Counted from the stretch's first letter, positions 9,453-18,696 are shown. The stretch is 50,241 bases of DNA from a bacterium (GCA_030697705.1 JAUYPE010000018.1:1-50241); one strand, 5' to 3'. Numbers and translations: made by a program. Notes: generated from the sequence alone by a model not told the origin.

Positions 9453-9778
9453 AAAAAAGAGCGCCGCATCCGGCTCTTCGTCTGCTCAAAAAAATACCAA
9501 GAGGAAAGGTGGTGACATATAAAGAAATAGCGCGCGCGTGTAAAACTTTCCCGCGGGTGGTCGGCAGAATTATGGCGGGCAACGCCGATCCAGTCGACTA
9601 TCCCTGCTACAAAGTCGTCGCCTCAAATGGTGCGCTTACCGGCTACAGCGCGCCGGGTGGATTAATAACAAAACGCCAACTTCTTGCCAGCGATGGCGTG
9701 CAGTTTTTGGGCGGGCGCGTTCATCCCGCATGCTTTCACCGCTTTAGCCGGATGGAGATTTCAGAAGCGCAAGAATAG
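9449..9778 (+). CDS. O6-alkylguanine-DNA alkyltransferase (MGMT/Ogt) C-terminal-domain protein
   Basis: KIPRGKVVTYKEIA, RVVG, PCYKVV, GYS, KRQLLASDG; ATGA overlap with the cupin stop. Confidence 0.85.
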   Translation: MKKRAPHPALRLLKKIPRGKVVTYKEIARACKTFPRVVGRIMAGNADPVDYPCYKVVASNGALTGYSAPGGLITKRQLLASDGVQFLGGRVHPACFHRFSRMEISEAQE

Positions 9779-9820
9779 CGCTTCACCTCGCCTCTTGGCA
9801 GACCTTCCGTACAGGCGGTC

Positions 9821-9849
9821 TTGCTTTCTTGTCGTGCGTGTAGTACTCT
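9821..9849 (+). promoter_or_regulatory. sigma70-type promoter
   Basis: TTGCTT-17 nt-TACTCT. Confidence 0.45.
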
Positions 9850-9913
9850 ATTTCAAGCTGTCGGACGGGATTTAAGTTATGTCCTTTGATATAAACGGTT
9901 GAGGAGGCGTGTG

Positions 9914-10657
9914 ATGGTGCTACCTTTCAGTTATTTCGGCAATGCGATACTTGATGCGCCATACGGCGCAAAAACAACACCCCATGATGGATGGTTTATC
10001 GGTTCTTTTTTCCCACGCGACGACCCGCGGTATGACCCTCGCGTGAGCTTGCGTTTCTCATTGCTTCCGCGCGGTGCTGGTCGGGAGGATATGACGCGCG
10101 AGTTGGACACGAGTGTCATGTGGTATGTTATTTTTTCAGGTGTGCTGGAAAATGTCTTCCAATTTTCCGGTCGTGATGAAGAGCGCGTCGTGCTCTACCA
10201 GCCCATGGACTGTGCATTGATTCAGCCCGGCCACTGTCACCGCTGGATGGTGAGGGAGGAGTGCTTGGTTTTTATGGTGCGTTGGGAAACGAGTGAGCCA
10301 AAAGACCAACTCATTTGGACGGGCAATGTGGATACTATTGCTCGCGACGGGGTGAGTTCTCTTATGGTCGGCAAGAGTGTTTTTCCGTCAAGGCATCCTT
10401 CTTGTACGGATGCTATCCAGATCAATGCGGAAAAGTTCAGGAAAGGCGCAGAGTTTTCCCTGGCGGCGAATGAAGGGCAGAGCCGGAAAGTTGTTTTACT
10501 GGTGTCCGGTGGTGTGGAGGTAATACTATCCGCAACGGAGGGGCGGTGTATCTATGTTCTGTCGCGCGAAGCGGATTATCATCTACTTTCGGATGTGGGA
10601 ACGGCGCGTACGGTGAAGGTGTTAGAGGACGCCTGCTTTATTACGGTAGCGTGGTAA
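9914..10657 (+). CDS. Hypothetical protein, probable tandem cupin
   Basis: GAGGAGG SD before ATG 9914; two similar halves (GN...GWFIGSFFP...IQPGHCHRW and GN...LMVGKSVFP...LLVSG...EDACFITVAW). Confidence 0.6.
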   Translation: MVLPFSYFGNAILDAPYGAKTTPHDGWFIGSFFPRDDPRYDPRVSLRFSLLPRGAGREDMTRELDTSVMWYVIFSGVLENVFQFSGRDEERVVLYQPMDCALIQPGHCHRWMVREECLVFMVRWETSEPKDQLIWTGNVDTIARDGVSSLMVGKSVFPSRHPSCTDAIQINAEKFRKGAEFSLAANEGQSRKVVLLVSGGVEVILSATEGRCIYVLSREADYHLLSDVGTARTVKVLEDACFITVAW

Positions 10658-10680
10658 AAAAGTCGGTAAGAATACATCTG

Positions 10681-10722
10681 CCGCATCTCGTTCTCGGTGT
10701 TGAACGAAGATGTGGTTTTTTT
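10681..10722 (+). terminator. Intrinsic terminator
   Basis: CCGCATCTCGTTC...GAACGAAGATGTGG stem followed by T7. Confidence 0.75.
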
Positions 10723-10813
10723 ATTGTCCGATATTCCGGGTGGCAAAGAAACTAAAGTGGATAGAGAATAGTTTTACCCGTTATTGATTACCGTCGGATA
10801 ATGCTCATCATGT

Positions 10814-11233
10814 ATGAACGAAAAAAAGATAGAGATTTTTAAGCCGGAGGCGTGGGAGCGGGATTGGGGTCAGGAGATTCTCCTGGGGCACTCAAAAGGT
10901 AAGTACACACTCAAGATGCTGGTAAGGAAAGCTGGTGCCAAGGGGGGGCTTCAATATCACCGGGTAAAAGACGAGATTGGTTATCTTTTCTCCGGAGAAA
11001 TTTTACTTCGCTATGATAAGGGCGACGGAAAACTCACCGAAGTCAAAATGACGCCGGGTCAGAGCGTGCATATTCCGGCGGGATGCGTGCATCAGGAGGA
11101 GGCGATTACGGACTCTATTATGTTTGAGGCATCCAATCCGGTTTTTGACGACCGCGTGCGGATGGAGGAGAAGTATGGCTTGAAAATTGAAGGAGGAGGG
11201 CTTCCCACGACGACGGAGCCGAGAATTGAATAG
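10814..11233 (+). CDS. Cupin-domain protein (type II mannose-6-phosphate isomerase cupin-like)
   Basis: ERDWGQE, LQYHRVKDE, GQSVHIPAGCVH, EASNP..DDRVR. Confidence 0.8.
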   Translation: MNEKKIEIFKPEAWERDWGQEILLGHSKGKYTLKMLVRKAGAKGGLQYHRVKDEIGYLFSGEILLRYDKGDGKLTEVKMTPGQSVHIPAGCVHQEEAITDSIMFEASNPVFDDRVRMEEKYGLKIEGGGLPTTTEPRIE

Positions 11234-11267
11234 CGAAGCGAGGATGACATCAGAGAGAGGAGGATAA

Positions 11268-11636
11268 ATGGTAGGCATAAAAATAGCAGGCACGCCGATA
11301 CTCGTCATTCGCCGGTTGGAGGAGCTTGGCGAGGCGCTGACGATTTCTCCCGTTGTGATTTACGATCCGCCGAGAGCGAGAACGAGGCGGAGAAGCTCGT
11401 TGCTCCCTGCGGTCATTGTAAAACCGTCGCGTCGGCTTGCTCCTTTGGTCTCTTTTGTTTATACGGCGGATGCGGTGTGGAGCACGGTTCTTGCGGCGAC
11501 GGAAGGATGGATAGGGATGCACCGGTTCGAATCCGCCCACTGTTTCTGTATGTGGGGAGACGCCGATGCCGCCGTTCGCGCGCTGCAAGAGATGTTTCCG
11601 GAACTTTGCCAGCAGGTTGATGTCATTATGCTTTGA
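11268..11636 (+). CDS. Hypothetical protein
   Basis: 122-aa ORF with GAGGAGG SD; no recognised motif. Confidence 0.55.
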   Translation: MVGIKIAGTPILVIRRLEELGEALTISPVVIYDPPRARTRRRSSLLPAVIVKPSRRLAPLVSFVYTADAVWSTVLAATEGWIGMHRFESAHCFCMWGDADAAVRALQEMFPELCQQVDVIML

Positions 11637-11669
11637 AATAATATCGACTGTTTTAGGCGGCTGGCATGC

Positions 11670-11707
11670 AAAAAAATGCGGAGGAGACGAGTTCGTCCCT
11701 CCGCGTT
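11670..11707 (-). terminator. Intrinsic terminator between convergent genes
   Basis: AATGCGGAGG/CCTCCGCGTT stem preceded by A7 on the + strand. Confidence 0.65.
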
Positions 11708-11744
11708 GCTGTTTTAGAGGAGTATTATATCGGATTGTAATCAA

Positions 11745-12119
11745 TCAGAGTTCAAGTTTTTGAAGTTCTGCTGTGACTACGTAGACTGCAATTGCAGTGC
11801 CTGCCCATAGTACGGGTGGAAAAAAAGTTGATCTACAATCTTCAACAAACCGTATGATAAACAGATTGCCGCAAATTGCGTATACCGACCAGAAGAACGC
11901 GCCGAGGATCAGATTTGTCCAAAAGCTCTCCTTGTTGGTAGTGCTCAAGGTCTGAACAATGCTGTTATAGGCAAACAATCCGGCGATTATGACACCAAAG
12001 ATGGTGCCCGAAATCGCGTATCCACAGACGTGATAGATGTGCTGGCAGAAGATGAATGATCCTGCGGCATACGGGACGGCAATACTAGCCGTGATTGCAA
12101 ATCTTCGTGAGTGGGTCAT
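11745..12119 (-). CDS. Hypothetical membrane protein (about 4 TM)
   Basis: AAAGGA SD before ATG at 12119 (MTHSRR); four hydrophobic segments. Confidence 0.6.
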   Translation of the reverse strand: MTHSRRFAITASIAVPYAAGSFIFCQHIYHVCGYAISGTIFGVIIAGLFAYNSIVQTLSTTNKESFWTNLILGAFFWSVYAICGNLFIIRFVEDCRSTFFPPVLWAGTAIAVYVVTAELQKLEL

Positions 12120-12225
12120 GGCAGTTCCTTTCGTGAGATTGTGGTAAGAACGAGATGACAATTGTAGCATATATGATTGTATGCGTCAAGTATTCCGGCT
12201 TATAAAAATAAGGTATGCTCGTGAT

Positions 12226-13011
12226 ATGGAAAACAAGGGATTGCGAACATTTTATGATAAGGTCTATACCAAAGGCGAGTGGAAGCACTACACCTCGCTT
12301 ATGTTTTCGGGTGACAAGGTGCCGCTGGCGAAGGATGCGGTGTTGAAGCTCGTCTCATGGAAAGGTAAAGAGGTGTTAGACGCCGGATGTGGGACGGGAG
12401 AGATGCCGTACCTTATAGCTCAAAAAGGAGCGAAACGCGTGGTGGGGATTGATTATGCCTCTTCCGCCATTAAAGAAGCGGAGAAGAATTATCATCTGCC
12501 GAACTTATCGTTCCTCTGCGCCGATCTGCAAAAAGTTAAGGGTACCTTTGACATTATCGTTTCATTAGGAACGATTGAGCATATTGACGATCCGCTTACA
12601 GCGTTGCGGCGGCTGAAAAAACTTCTCAAGCCGGGCGGTTCGCTTGTTGTTACCTGTCCTAACTGGACGAATCCGCGCGGATATGTTTTGATGGCGTTAC
12701 GCATTTTATTTGACGCAAAAATCACGCTCGCCGATTTGCATTATCTTACACCGGTTGAGATGGAGGCGTGGGCGAAAAAATTGGGTATGTCGCTACAATG
12801 GAAAACGGTTGAGCAGGAGTGGGGGCACGGCGAGAAGATGATTCGCGATCTGGCGCGCCGTCTACCCAATGTGGTGCGAGATTCTAAGTTGCTGACGGAC
12901 GTACGGCGCGTTAAGGAATTCGTAAAATGGCTGGAGAAGCACGCGCTTCCCTTTGAGCGGGAAACGCGCCACGGGGGCGCGGTGGGGGTGTATCATTTCC
13001 GACTGCAGTAG
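12226..13011 (+). CDS. Class I SAM-dependent methyltransferase
   Basis: VLDAGCGTG, VVGIDY, FDIIVSLGTIEH, LKPGGSL. Confidence 0.9.
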   Translation: MENKGLRTFYDKVYTKGEWKHYTSLMFSGDKVPLAKDAVLKLVSWKGKEVLDAGCGTGEMPYLIAQKGAKRVVGIDYASSAIKEAEKNYHLPNLSFLCADLQKVKGTFDIIVSLGTIEHIDDPLTALRRLKKLLKPGGSLVVTCPNWTNPRGYVLMALRILFDAKITLADLHYLTPVEMEAWAKKLGMSLQWKTVEQEWGHGEKMIRDLARRLPNVVRDSKLLTDVRRVKEFVKWLEKHALPFERETRHGGAVGVYHFRLQ

Positions 13012-13013
13012 TT

Positions 13014-13042
13014 TTGCCTTTTGTTTGTGCTTATGGTATGAT
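13014..13042 (+). promoter_or_regulatory. sigma70-type promoter
   Basis: TTGCCT-17 nt-TATGAT with TG extension. Confidence 0.6.
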
Positions 13043-13104
13043 ACTAGCGTTGATCATGTTCTTTTCCATAGAGTGATTGTTTTTTCTGAAAAAAGGGAGG
13101 CGGT

Positions 13105-13668
13105 ATGAGTGCTGATGCCGAGAGTGTCTTCCGGGAAAATCTATCCCTATTTCTTAAAATGGCGGAGGGATACGGTGCTTTATCCCGTGAATATGAAGCG
13201 TTGGAGGATGCATTCTTAGCGTGGCGCGAGCGGTATCTAAGTATCTCCGCAAAAGTAAATGATTTTAGTTTTCGATTCCATGAAGGGGTTATGTCGTTCA
13301 TCGCGCGGAAAGTGGAAAGGGAGGGATACGCCCTTGATGAATATTTAGACGAACCGGGCGATACGGCGTTTGTTGAGTTAGCGAAGGAGGCGAGGGACGA
13401 TTTTCTACGGGTGCCTGATAATAACCATGAGTTTAAGGTCATGAGCTTGGATCTATCCGCGATGCTTGATGAGACCATCCGCCCAGTTTTAGAGCGTTGT
13501 CCCGCTGGTACTCAAGCGATCTCGAGAATCTATTCCGTTGATCTTGCGGCAAATCGTTTCCTAATTCCAGAAATTGAAACACAAGAATCAAATGATTCTT
13601 TTGGTTTTTTTATAACAGCCCTCCTTCAGCGAGAGAATGCAGGCGATGTTACGGAGCATCATGGTTAA
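13105..13668 (+). CDS. Hypothetical acidic protein
   Basis: AAAGGGAGG SD; has its own promoter and terminator; no recognised motif. Confidence 0.65.
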   Translation: MSADAESVFRENLSLFLKMAEGYGALSREYEALEDAFLAWRERYLSISAKVNDFSFRFHEGVMSFIARKVEREGYALDEYLDEPGDTAFVELAKEARDDFLRVPDNNHEFKVMSLDLSAMLDETIRPVLERCPAGTQAISRIYSVDLAANRFLIPEIETQESNDSFGFFITALLQRENAGDVTEHHG

Positions 13669-13694
13669 TCGTACCCCGCCGCAGTAAGTTGTAC

Positions 13695-13727
13695 CGCTCC
13701 GAGCCATGATGGTTCGGAGCGTTTTTT
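13695..13727 (+). terminator. Intrinsic terminator
   Basis: CGCTCCGAGCC-atgat-GGTTCGGAGCG followed by T6. Confidence 0.8.
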
Positions 13728-13762
13728 GAAACCGTAAGTTTATTCCACTTGTTCTATCCTTC

Positions 13763-14434
13763 ATGAAGGTGCTGATTCTGGCAGGTGGATTCGGAACACG
13801 GCTGGCGAATATTGCTGGGAGCCGTCCTAAGCCCTTGGTTGAGGTGGCGGGGCGGTCTATTTTGGAGCGGCAAATTTCTCTGCTCCGTGAACATGGTTTT
13901 GGCGATATCCGTTTGAGTTTGCACCACAAGGCGGATCAGATTATCTCCTTCTGTGATGCGCGCTGGCCGGGAAGTATTGAGTATATCGTGGAGCCGGAAC
14001 CGCTGGGAACGGGCGGAGGAATCAAGTACGCGAGCCGCGATTGGTGCGAGTCGTTTATGGTTTTGAACGGTGATATTTTGAGCGATCTTGATGTGGCGAT
14101 GTTTGCGGCATCGCATCCCAATGCGATCGGATGCGCGTATCAGGAAGATGCGCGCGGTTTCGGACTGGTGGACATTGGGGAGGGAGTAGTGCGCGCATTT
14201 CACGAGAAGCCGACGGAGCCGGTCTCAGGCTATATCAATGCGGGTTATTATTTGCTGACCCCCGAAGCGATACACAGTGTCGCCGCGGATCGGTTTATGA
14301 TTGAGACCGAAGTTTTCCCCCGCCTCGCGGCAGCAGGCAAGCTTTCCGCATTTGTCCATACTGGCTACTGGATTGACGTGGGTACGGAAGACCGTTTCTG
14401 GAAGGCGAACCGCGATCATGAAAAGGTTATATAA
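13763..14434 (+). CDS. Sugar-1-phosphate nucleotidyltransferase (NTP_transferase; HddC/PtmE/ManC-like)
   Basis: ILAGGFGTRL, PKPL, EPEPLGTGGG, VLNGD, EKP, INAGYY, YWIDVGT. Confidence 0.9.
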   Translation: MKVLILAGGFGTRLANIAGSRPKPLVEVAGRSILERQISLLREHGFGDIRLSLHHKADQIISFCDARWPGSIEYIVEPEPLGTGGGIKYASRDWCESFMVLNGDILSDLDVAMFAASHPNAIGCAYQEDARGFGLVDIGEGVVRAFHEKPTEPVSGYINAGYYLLTPEAIHSVAADRFMIETEVFPRLAAAGKLSAFVHTGYWIDVGTEDRFWKANRDHEKVI

Positions 14435-14482
14435 CAGGAACTTTGTACGCTCTCGCGGAAGAGTAGGGACACTCACCTTTCT

Positions 14483-15445
14483 ATGCCTATCATACGAACA
14501 ATGAAAGACAATATATTTCGCACCTTTTGCCGTGCCCGGAATTTCCATCCGGTCTGGTATCATGTGCTCAACCGCGAGGCGAAAAAAAAATGGCGCGCGC
14601 ATCAGTCCGATACCCCCGGTGTACCTATCCAAGAGCTCATCTCATCACTTCACCGCGATGGTGTTGCCGTTACCGATGTAGCAACTCTTTTTTCCGAAGA
14701 GCTGTTTGATGCAGCGCGGCGGTTTGCCACGGAATCTTTGGCGCGTCCGGAAATACAGGAGGAGATAAAACGGCATGAGCGCATGATCATTGAGCGTGTC
14801 AAGAGTGGGGGACAGCGCAAGGGGGCAAAAAAATATCTCAAGGATTTTATCGTTGAACCGTACGGGTCAACGACCGATGAAAGAATACCTGATATCAAAA
14901 ATCCCTTTATCCGGATGAATCTTGACGAGCGTGTTATTCGTATCGCTGGTTCGTATATGGGGATTGCGCCCAAGTTGCGGGGGTTTTCCCTCCGTCAGAC
15001 GCTTCCGGTTCCTGCGGGTGCCGCGGAATATTTTTCTCAACGCTGGCACCGCGATCCGGAAGACAGAAAGATGCTCAAAATGTTTATTTATATGACGGAT
15101 GTCTTGGACGAGCAGTCAGGTCCTTTTATTTATATTAAGGGATCCCAACCCGGCGGGGTGCGCGGGAATCTGTTTCCCCAGCATCCACCAGCCGCAACAT
15201 ACCCGGAAGCGGGAGCGGTGGAGAAGGTAGTTCCACGGGAGTTGATGAAGGTGTGTCTGGGGCGCGCTGGCACCGTTGTTTTTGCTGATACCAGTGGGTT
15301 GCATAAGGGGGGATACACGATCTCTGCGCCGCGTCTTATGTATACGGGAACATTTTATTCCCTTGCCTCGCTTACGCGTCATCATCTTGCCGTGCGGGAC
15401 GACGTATCTGCCTTGTCCCCACTTGCGCGCTATGCGCTGGAATAG
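14483..15445 (+). CDS. Fe(II)/2-oxoglutarate dioxygenase, PhyH-like (paralog 3)
   Basis: SQRWHRDPED, KMFIYMTDV, GPFIYIKGS, DTSGLHKGG, RLM; the start could be 14501. Confidence 0.8.
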   Translation: MPIIRTMKDNIFRTFCRARNFHPVWYHVLNREAKKKWRAHQSDTPGVPIQELISSLHRDGVAVTDVATLFSEELFDAARRFATESLARPEIQEEIKRHERMIIERVKSGGQRKGAKKYLKDFIVEPYGSTTDERIPDIKNPFIRMNLDERVIRIAGSYMGIAPKLRGFSLRQTLPVPAGAAEYFSQRWHRDPEDRKMLKMFIYMTDVLDEQSGPFIYIKGSQPGGVRGNLFPQHPPAATYPEAGAVEKVVPRELMKVCLGRAGTVVFADTSGLHKGGYTISAPRLMYTGTFYSLASLTRHHLAVRDDVSALSPLARYALE

Positions 15446-15489
15446 CGAAGAGCGCGGTGGAAGAGGCGCGGCGGGAACCGCACCGGACG

Positions 15490-16872
15490 ATGAAAACAAT
15501 TCTCATAAAATTTGACAACAGTTTTTTTGTGCGCAATTTTTTGCGTACTGATGCTTTTCGGATGCTTGCCGAGGTGGAGGATACGAGAATTGTCTTTCTT
15601 GCCCCTGCGGAAAAAATAACCCACTATCGCCGTGAATTTTCATCCCCGCGCGTTTTTTTTGAAACGCTTCCCGAAACCAAACATTTCTTGAGTGAGCGTT
15701 TTTTTAAATTTATTGAGACGGCGAGCATTCATTCCCATACGGTCTCCATGATGCATCGTACCGAATACGCGCGGACCGCGGGGCAGAAGCTCTGGATCCG
15801 GCGCGCGGTGTTGTATGCTATTCGCCGCGGTCTGTGGCGATTGGGACGGTACCGGCTCTGGCGCGCATGCATTCGCAGGGTATATTTTTTGTTGCCGAGC
15901 CGTACATTCAGTTGTTTTTTTGATGCGTACCAGCCGGATCTCGTCTTTTCTCCTTCTATGGCGTATACGGACGGTCGTATGCTGAAAGAAGCGCGGCATC
16001 GCGGGGTTAAGACTATCGGTATGGTCTTAAGCTGGGACAATCTCTACAGCAAAACGATGCTTCGCGTGTTTTCCGATATACTGGTGGTGCATACCGACGA
16101 GGTCAGGGATCAGGCGGTGAAATTAGGGGACTATCCCCGCGAGCGTGTTGTCGTTTCCGGTATTCCTCAATACGACTGTTATTTCAGGAGAACCGATATC
16201 ATACCGCGCGAGCAATTTATCCAGTCAATCGGTGGTGACCCCCGCAAAAAACTTATCGTCTATGCGGTTTCCGGAAAAGCGGGATTACACATTGATTATG
16301 CTATCGTAAAACTTCTGCAAGAAGCTATTCGGCGTGGAGAGATTAAAACGCCCGCCCAACTCCTCTTGCGCGCCCATCCGCGGTATGATTTCTCGCCAGT
16401 AAAAATAAAGCAGATGCGAGAGGAGTATGGTTGTCTGGTACAGCCAGCGATGGGACATGTGGGAGAAAGCAGGGATAATTGGGAGTTTGATGCGGAGGCG
16501 GTCTCGTTTCTTGCCAATACACTCGCGCATGCGGATGTCGTGGTCGCCCTGTACACGACATTTTTTATTGAAGCGGCGCTCTTCAACAAGCCGCTGATCG
16601 CCGTCGGTTTTGATGCCGAGGAGATGGATTATTGGAATTCCGCCCGCCATTTTTTTGAGTGGGATCATCTGCGCGAGCTTGACAGATTGGGGGGTATTTG
16701 GCGCGTTGAGAGCCGTGAAGAATTGATCCGCGCGGTTAACACAGGTCTTGAAAATCCAAAGCATCTTGAAGAAGGGCGGCGGCGGATCACTCTCCACCAA
16801 AGCCAGTTTACCGACGGGAAGTCGGGCGAGCGTCTCGGTCGCATCATTCTCGCGGTGCTTTCTTCCTCATAA
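15490..16872 (+). CDS. GT-B protein, CDP-glycerol glycerophosphotransferase/sialyltransferase-like (paralog A)
   Basis: LSWDNLYSK, SGIPQYD, LLRAHP, ADVVV..TT..IEAALFNKP, DGKSGER; paralogous to 26033-27409. Confidence 0.6.
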   Translation: MKTILIKFDNSFFVRNFLRTDAFRMLAEVEDTRIVFLAPAEKITHYRREFSSPRVFFETLPETKHFLSERFFKFIETASIHSHTVSMMHRTEYARTAGQKLWIRRAVLYAIRRGLWRLGRYRLWRACIRRVYFLLPSRTFSCFFDAYQPDLVFSPSMAYTDGRMLKEARHRGVKTIGMVLSWDNLYSKTMLRVFSDILVVHTDEVRDQAVKLGDYPRERVVVSGIPQYDCYFRRTDIIPREQFIQSIGGDPRKKLIVYAVSGKAGLHIDYAIVKLLQEAIRRGEIKTPAQLLLRAHPRYDFSPVKIKQMREEYGCLVQPAMGHVGESRDNWEFDAEAVSFLANTLAHADVVVALYTTFFIEAALFNKPLIAVGFDAEEMDYWNSARHFFEWDHLRELDRLGGIWRVESREELIRAVNTGLENPKHLEEGRRRITLHQSQFTDGKSGERLGRIILAVLSSS

Positions 16873-16950
16873 GGCAGGATGAAACCCTTGCCCTGCCGCG
16901 TTCGTTGAAAAAGTGCGAGTATATGGTCAGTTTATCAAGATACTACGAAT

Positions 16951-17916
16951 ATGTTTTCTCGTATCACGACCAGTGTATCCATGCGCAGTGCGCACCTCTT
17001 TTTTTGGGTTCGCTCAAGAAAACCCGTGTGGTTATATGCGGTGAACGGAAAAAGCAGGCGCGCAAAGAAAAAAAACCCGACTGCGCTCTCCGTCGTGCAA
17101 CAGCGCATCGTGACGGATCTTGGGCGCGACGGCATTGCCGTAGCGCATCTGGACGAATTTTTCCCCGCACGCGGGCTTCTGGAAAATTTTCAACAATACG
17201 TCGCGGATGGCAGGGCGCGCGCGGAGACACGAACGCATAAATCGTTTCTTAAAAATCTGTGGGATGCGGTGCCGCTTGTTGACTTCGGGAATCCCTTTTT
17301 CGTGCTGGCACTGGACGATGCTATTCTTGCGACCGTCAACGAGTATATGGGACTGTGGTCGTATTTTTTTTATCTGACGCTCAATGTGACCACACCCGTG
17401 TTGGAGGGGAGCGAGGCGGTTCAGTCCCAGCGGTGGCATGGAGATCCGGAGGATAGAAAGATGTGCAAGGTGTTTTTGTATCTGACGGATGTGGATGAGG
17501 GATCGGGACCCTTTACGTATGTGCGGGGAAGCCAGTCCGGCGGGCGCTGGCGGCATCTGTTTCGGGAGCAGTCGCCGCGCGGTATCATGCCGCCGGAGCG
17601 TCCTATTAAGGAGATCGTGCCTTCCACCGATATTATGACCTGCACAGGTAAGGCGGGAACCATTATCTTTTGCGATACGAGTGGTTATCATAGGGGAGGA
17701 TATGCCACGAAAAAAGAACGGATTATGCTCACGATGGGATACTGCTCGGGCGCAAGTCCCTATCCCATGCGCGTTCGTTTCTCCGAACTTTTGCGGGAGC
17801 AGAGAGAATACCGGGCATTAAGTCCTGCGGCGCGCCATGCCCTTACCTTTGCGCCCGGACATACCACTTCTTATTTTTTTAGAAAAATAAAGCCCCGCTT
17901 CAAATACGGTGCCTAG
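16951..17916 (+). CDS. Fe(II)/2-oxoglutarate dioxygenase, PhyH-like (paralog 4)
   Basis: SQRWHGDPED, KVFLYLTDVD, GPFTYVRGS, DTSGYHRGG, ERIM. Confidence 0.8.
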   Translation: MFSRITTSVSMRSAHLFFWVRSRKPVWLYAVNGKSRRAKKKNPTALSVVQQRIVTDLGRDGIAVAHLDEFFPARGLLENFQQYVADGRARAETRTHKSFLKNLWDAVPLVDFGNPFFVLALDDAILATVNEYMGLWSYFFYLTLNVTTPVLEGSEAVQSQRWHGDPEDRKMCKVFLYLTDVDEGSGPFTYVRGSQSGGRWRHLFREQSPRGIMPPERPIKEIVPSTDIMTCTGKAGTIIFCDTSGYHRGGYATKKERIMLTMGYCSGASPYPMRVRFSELLREQREYRALSPAARHALTFAPGHTTSYFFRKIKPRFKYGA

Positions 17917-17964
17917 AGACGAGAGCATGCTCATCCGACAAAAACTATCTCGCGCATATTACGC

Positions 17965-18696
17965 ATGACGCTTACCAAAAAAGAACTCAAAAAAGAATTC
18001 TTCCGCCGCGTGCCCAAAGCCCGCCCGTGGAGCCCCGTCCACCAGTCGTGGTTTGAATTCATGTACGCCGCGCATCTTCTAGCAAAACCCGGGACGCGTC
18101 TGCTCAATATCTACGCATCATGGGATTTTTCGGGCAACCGCGAAGAGGTATATCGCGAAAAGTTTTTTTCCGCGTGCGACTATGAATCGCTTGATTTTGG
18201 GGAAGATAAATTCATCTATCCCGCGAAAAAAGAGGGTGATGGTCGGCATGTGATTCCTTTTCCGGACAAGCACTTTGATGTGATCGTGACGACGAAGTAT
18301 ATTATGGAGCATATTTCCGAGCCGGAGCGAGTGGTGCAGGAGTTGTACCGTGTGCTTAAACCGGGCGGAGAGGTGTTTGTCGTCGCCGCGCATGTGCGGC
18401 GCCAGCACCAGAAACCATACGACTTCTTTCGCTTTACGGAGTTCGGATTGGAGCACCTTTTTAAAAAAGCGGGATTCAGGGAGTTGGCAATTACGGCGAG
18501 CAACGGATGGGCGGTTACCCTGACCTCGTATGCGTATTTTTTTGAACGGAGCATTCCCATGCCGCGTTTTTTGGAGCGTTTTTTTGATGGGGTATATTAT
18601 TATCTTGTTGAACCAATCGGTTTTTTTCTTGACCAGTTTGATAACGGGTATGGTCGCGATTTGTCGCTTTACTATCTCATACGGGCAAAACGATAA
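17965..18696 (+). CDS. Class I SAM-methyltransferase-like protein (Methyltransf_11) with atypical motif I
   Basis: IPFPDKHFDVIV..IMEHI..P...ELYRVLKPGG, H..PYDFFRFT..GL; motif I reads LLNIYAS. Confidence 0.75.
   Translation: MTLTKKELKKEFFRRVPKARPWSPVHQSWFEFMYAAHLLAKPGTRLLNIYASWDFSGNREEVYREKFFSACDYESLDFGEDKFIYPAKKEGDGRHVIPFPDKHFDVIVTTKYIMEHISEPERVVQELYRVLKPGGEVFVVAAHVRRQHQKPYDFFRFTEFGLEHLFKKAGFRELAITASNGWAVTLTSYAYFFERSIPMPRFLERFFDGVYYYLVEPIGFFLDQFDNGYGRDLSLYYLIRAKR

Noticed and set aside
14582-14590. A9 tract in dioxygenase 3 (and A8/T8 tracts elsewhere) as phase-variation sites
   Set aside because: The frames are intact and similar A/T runs are common across the window
1009-17916. Dioxygenases as halogenases
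   Set aside because: All four keep Asp in HxD; Fe/2OG halogenases have Gly or Ala there
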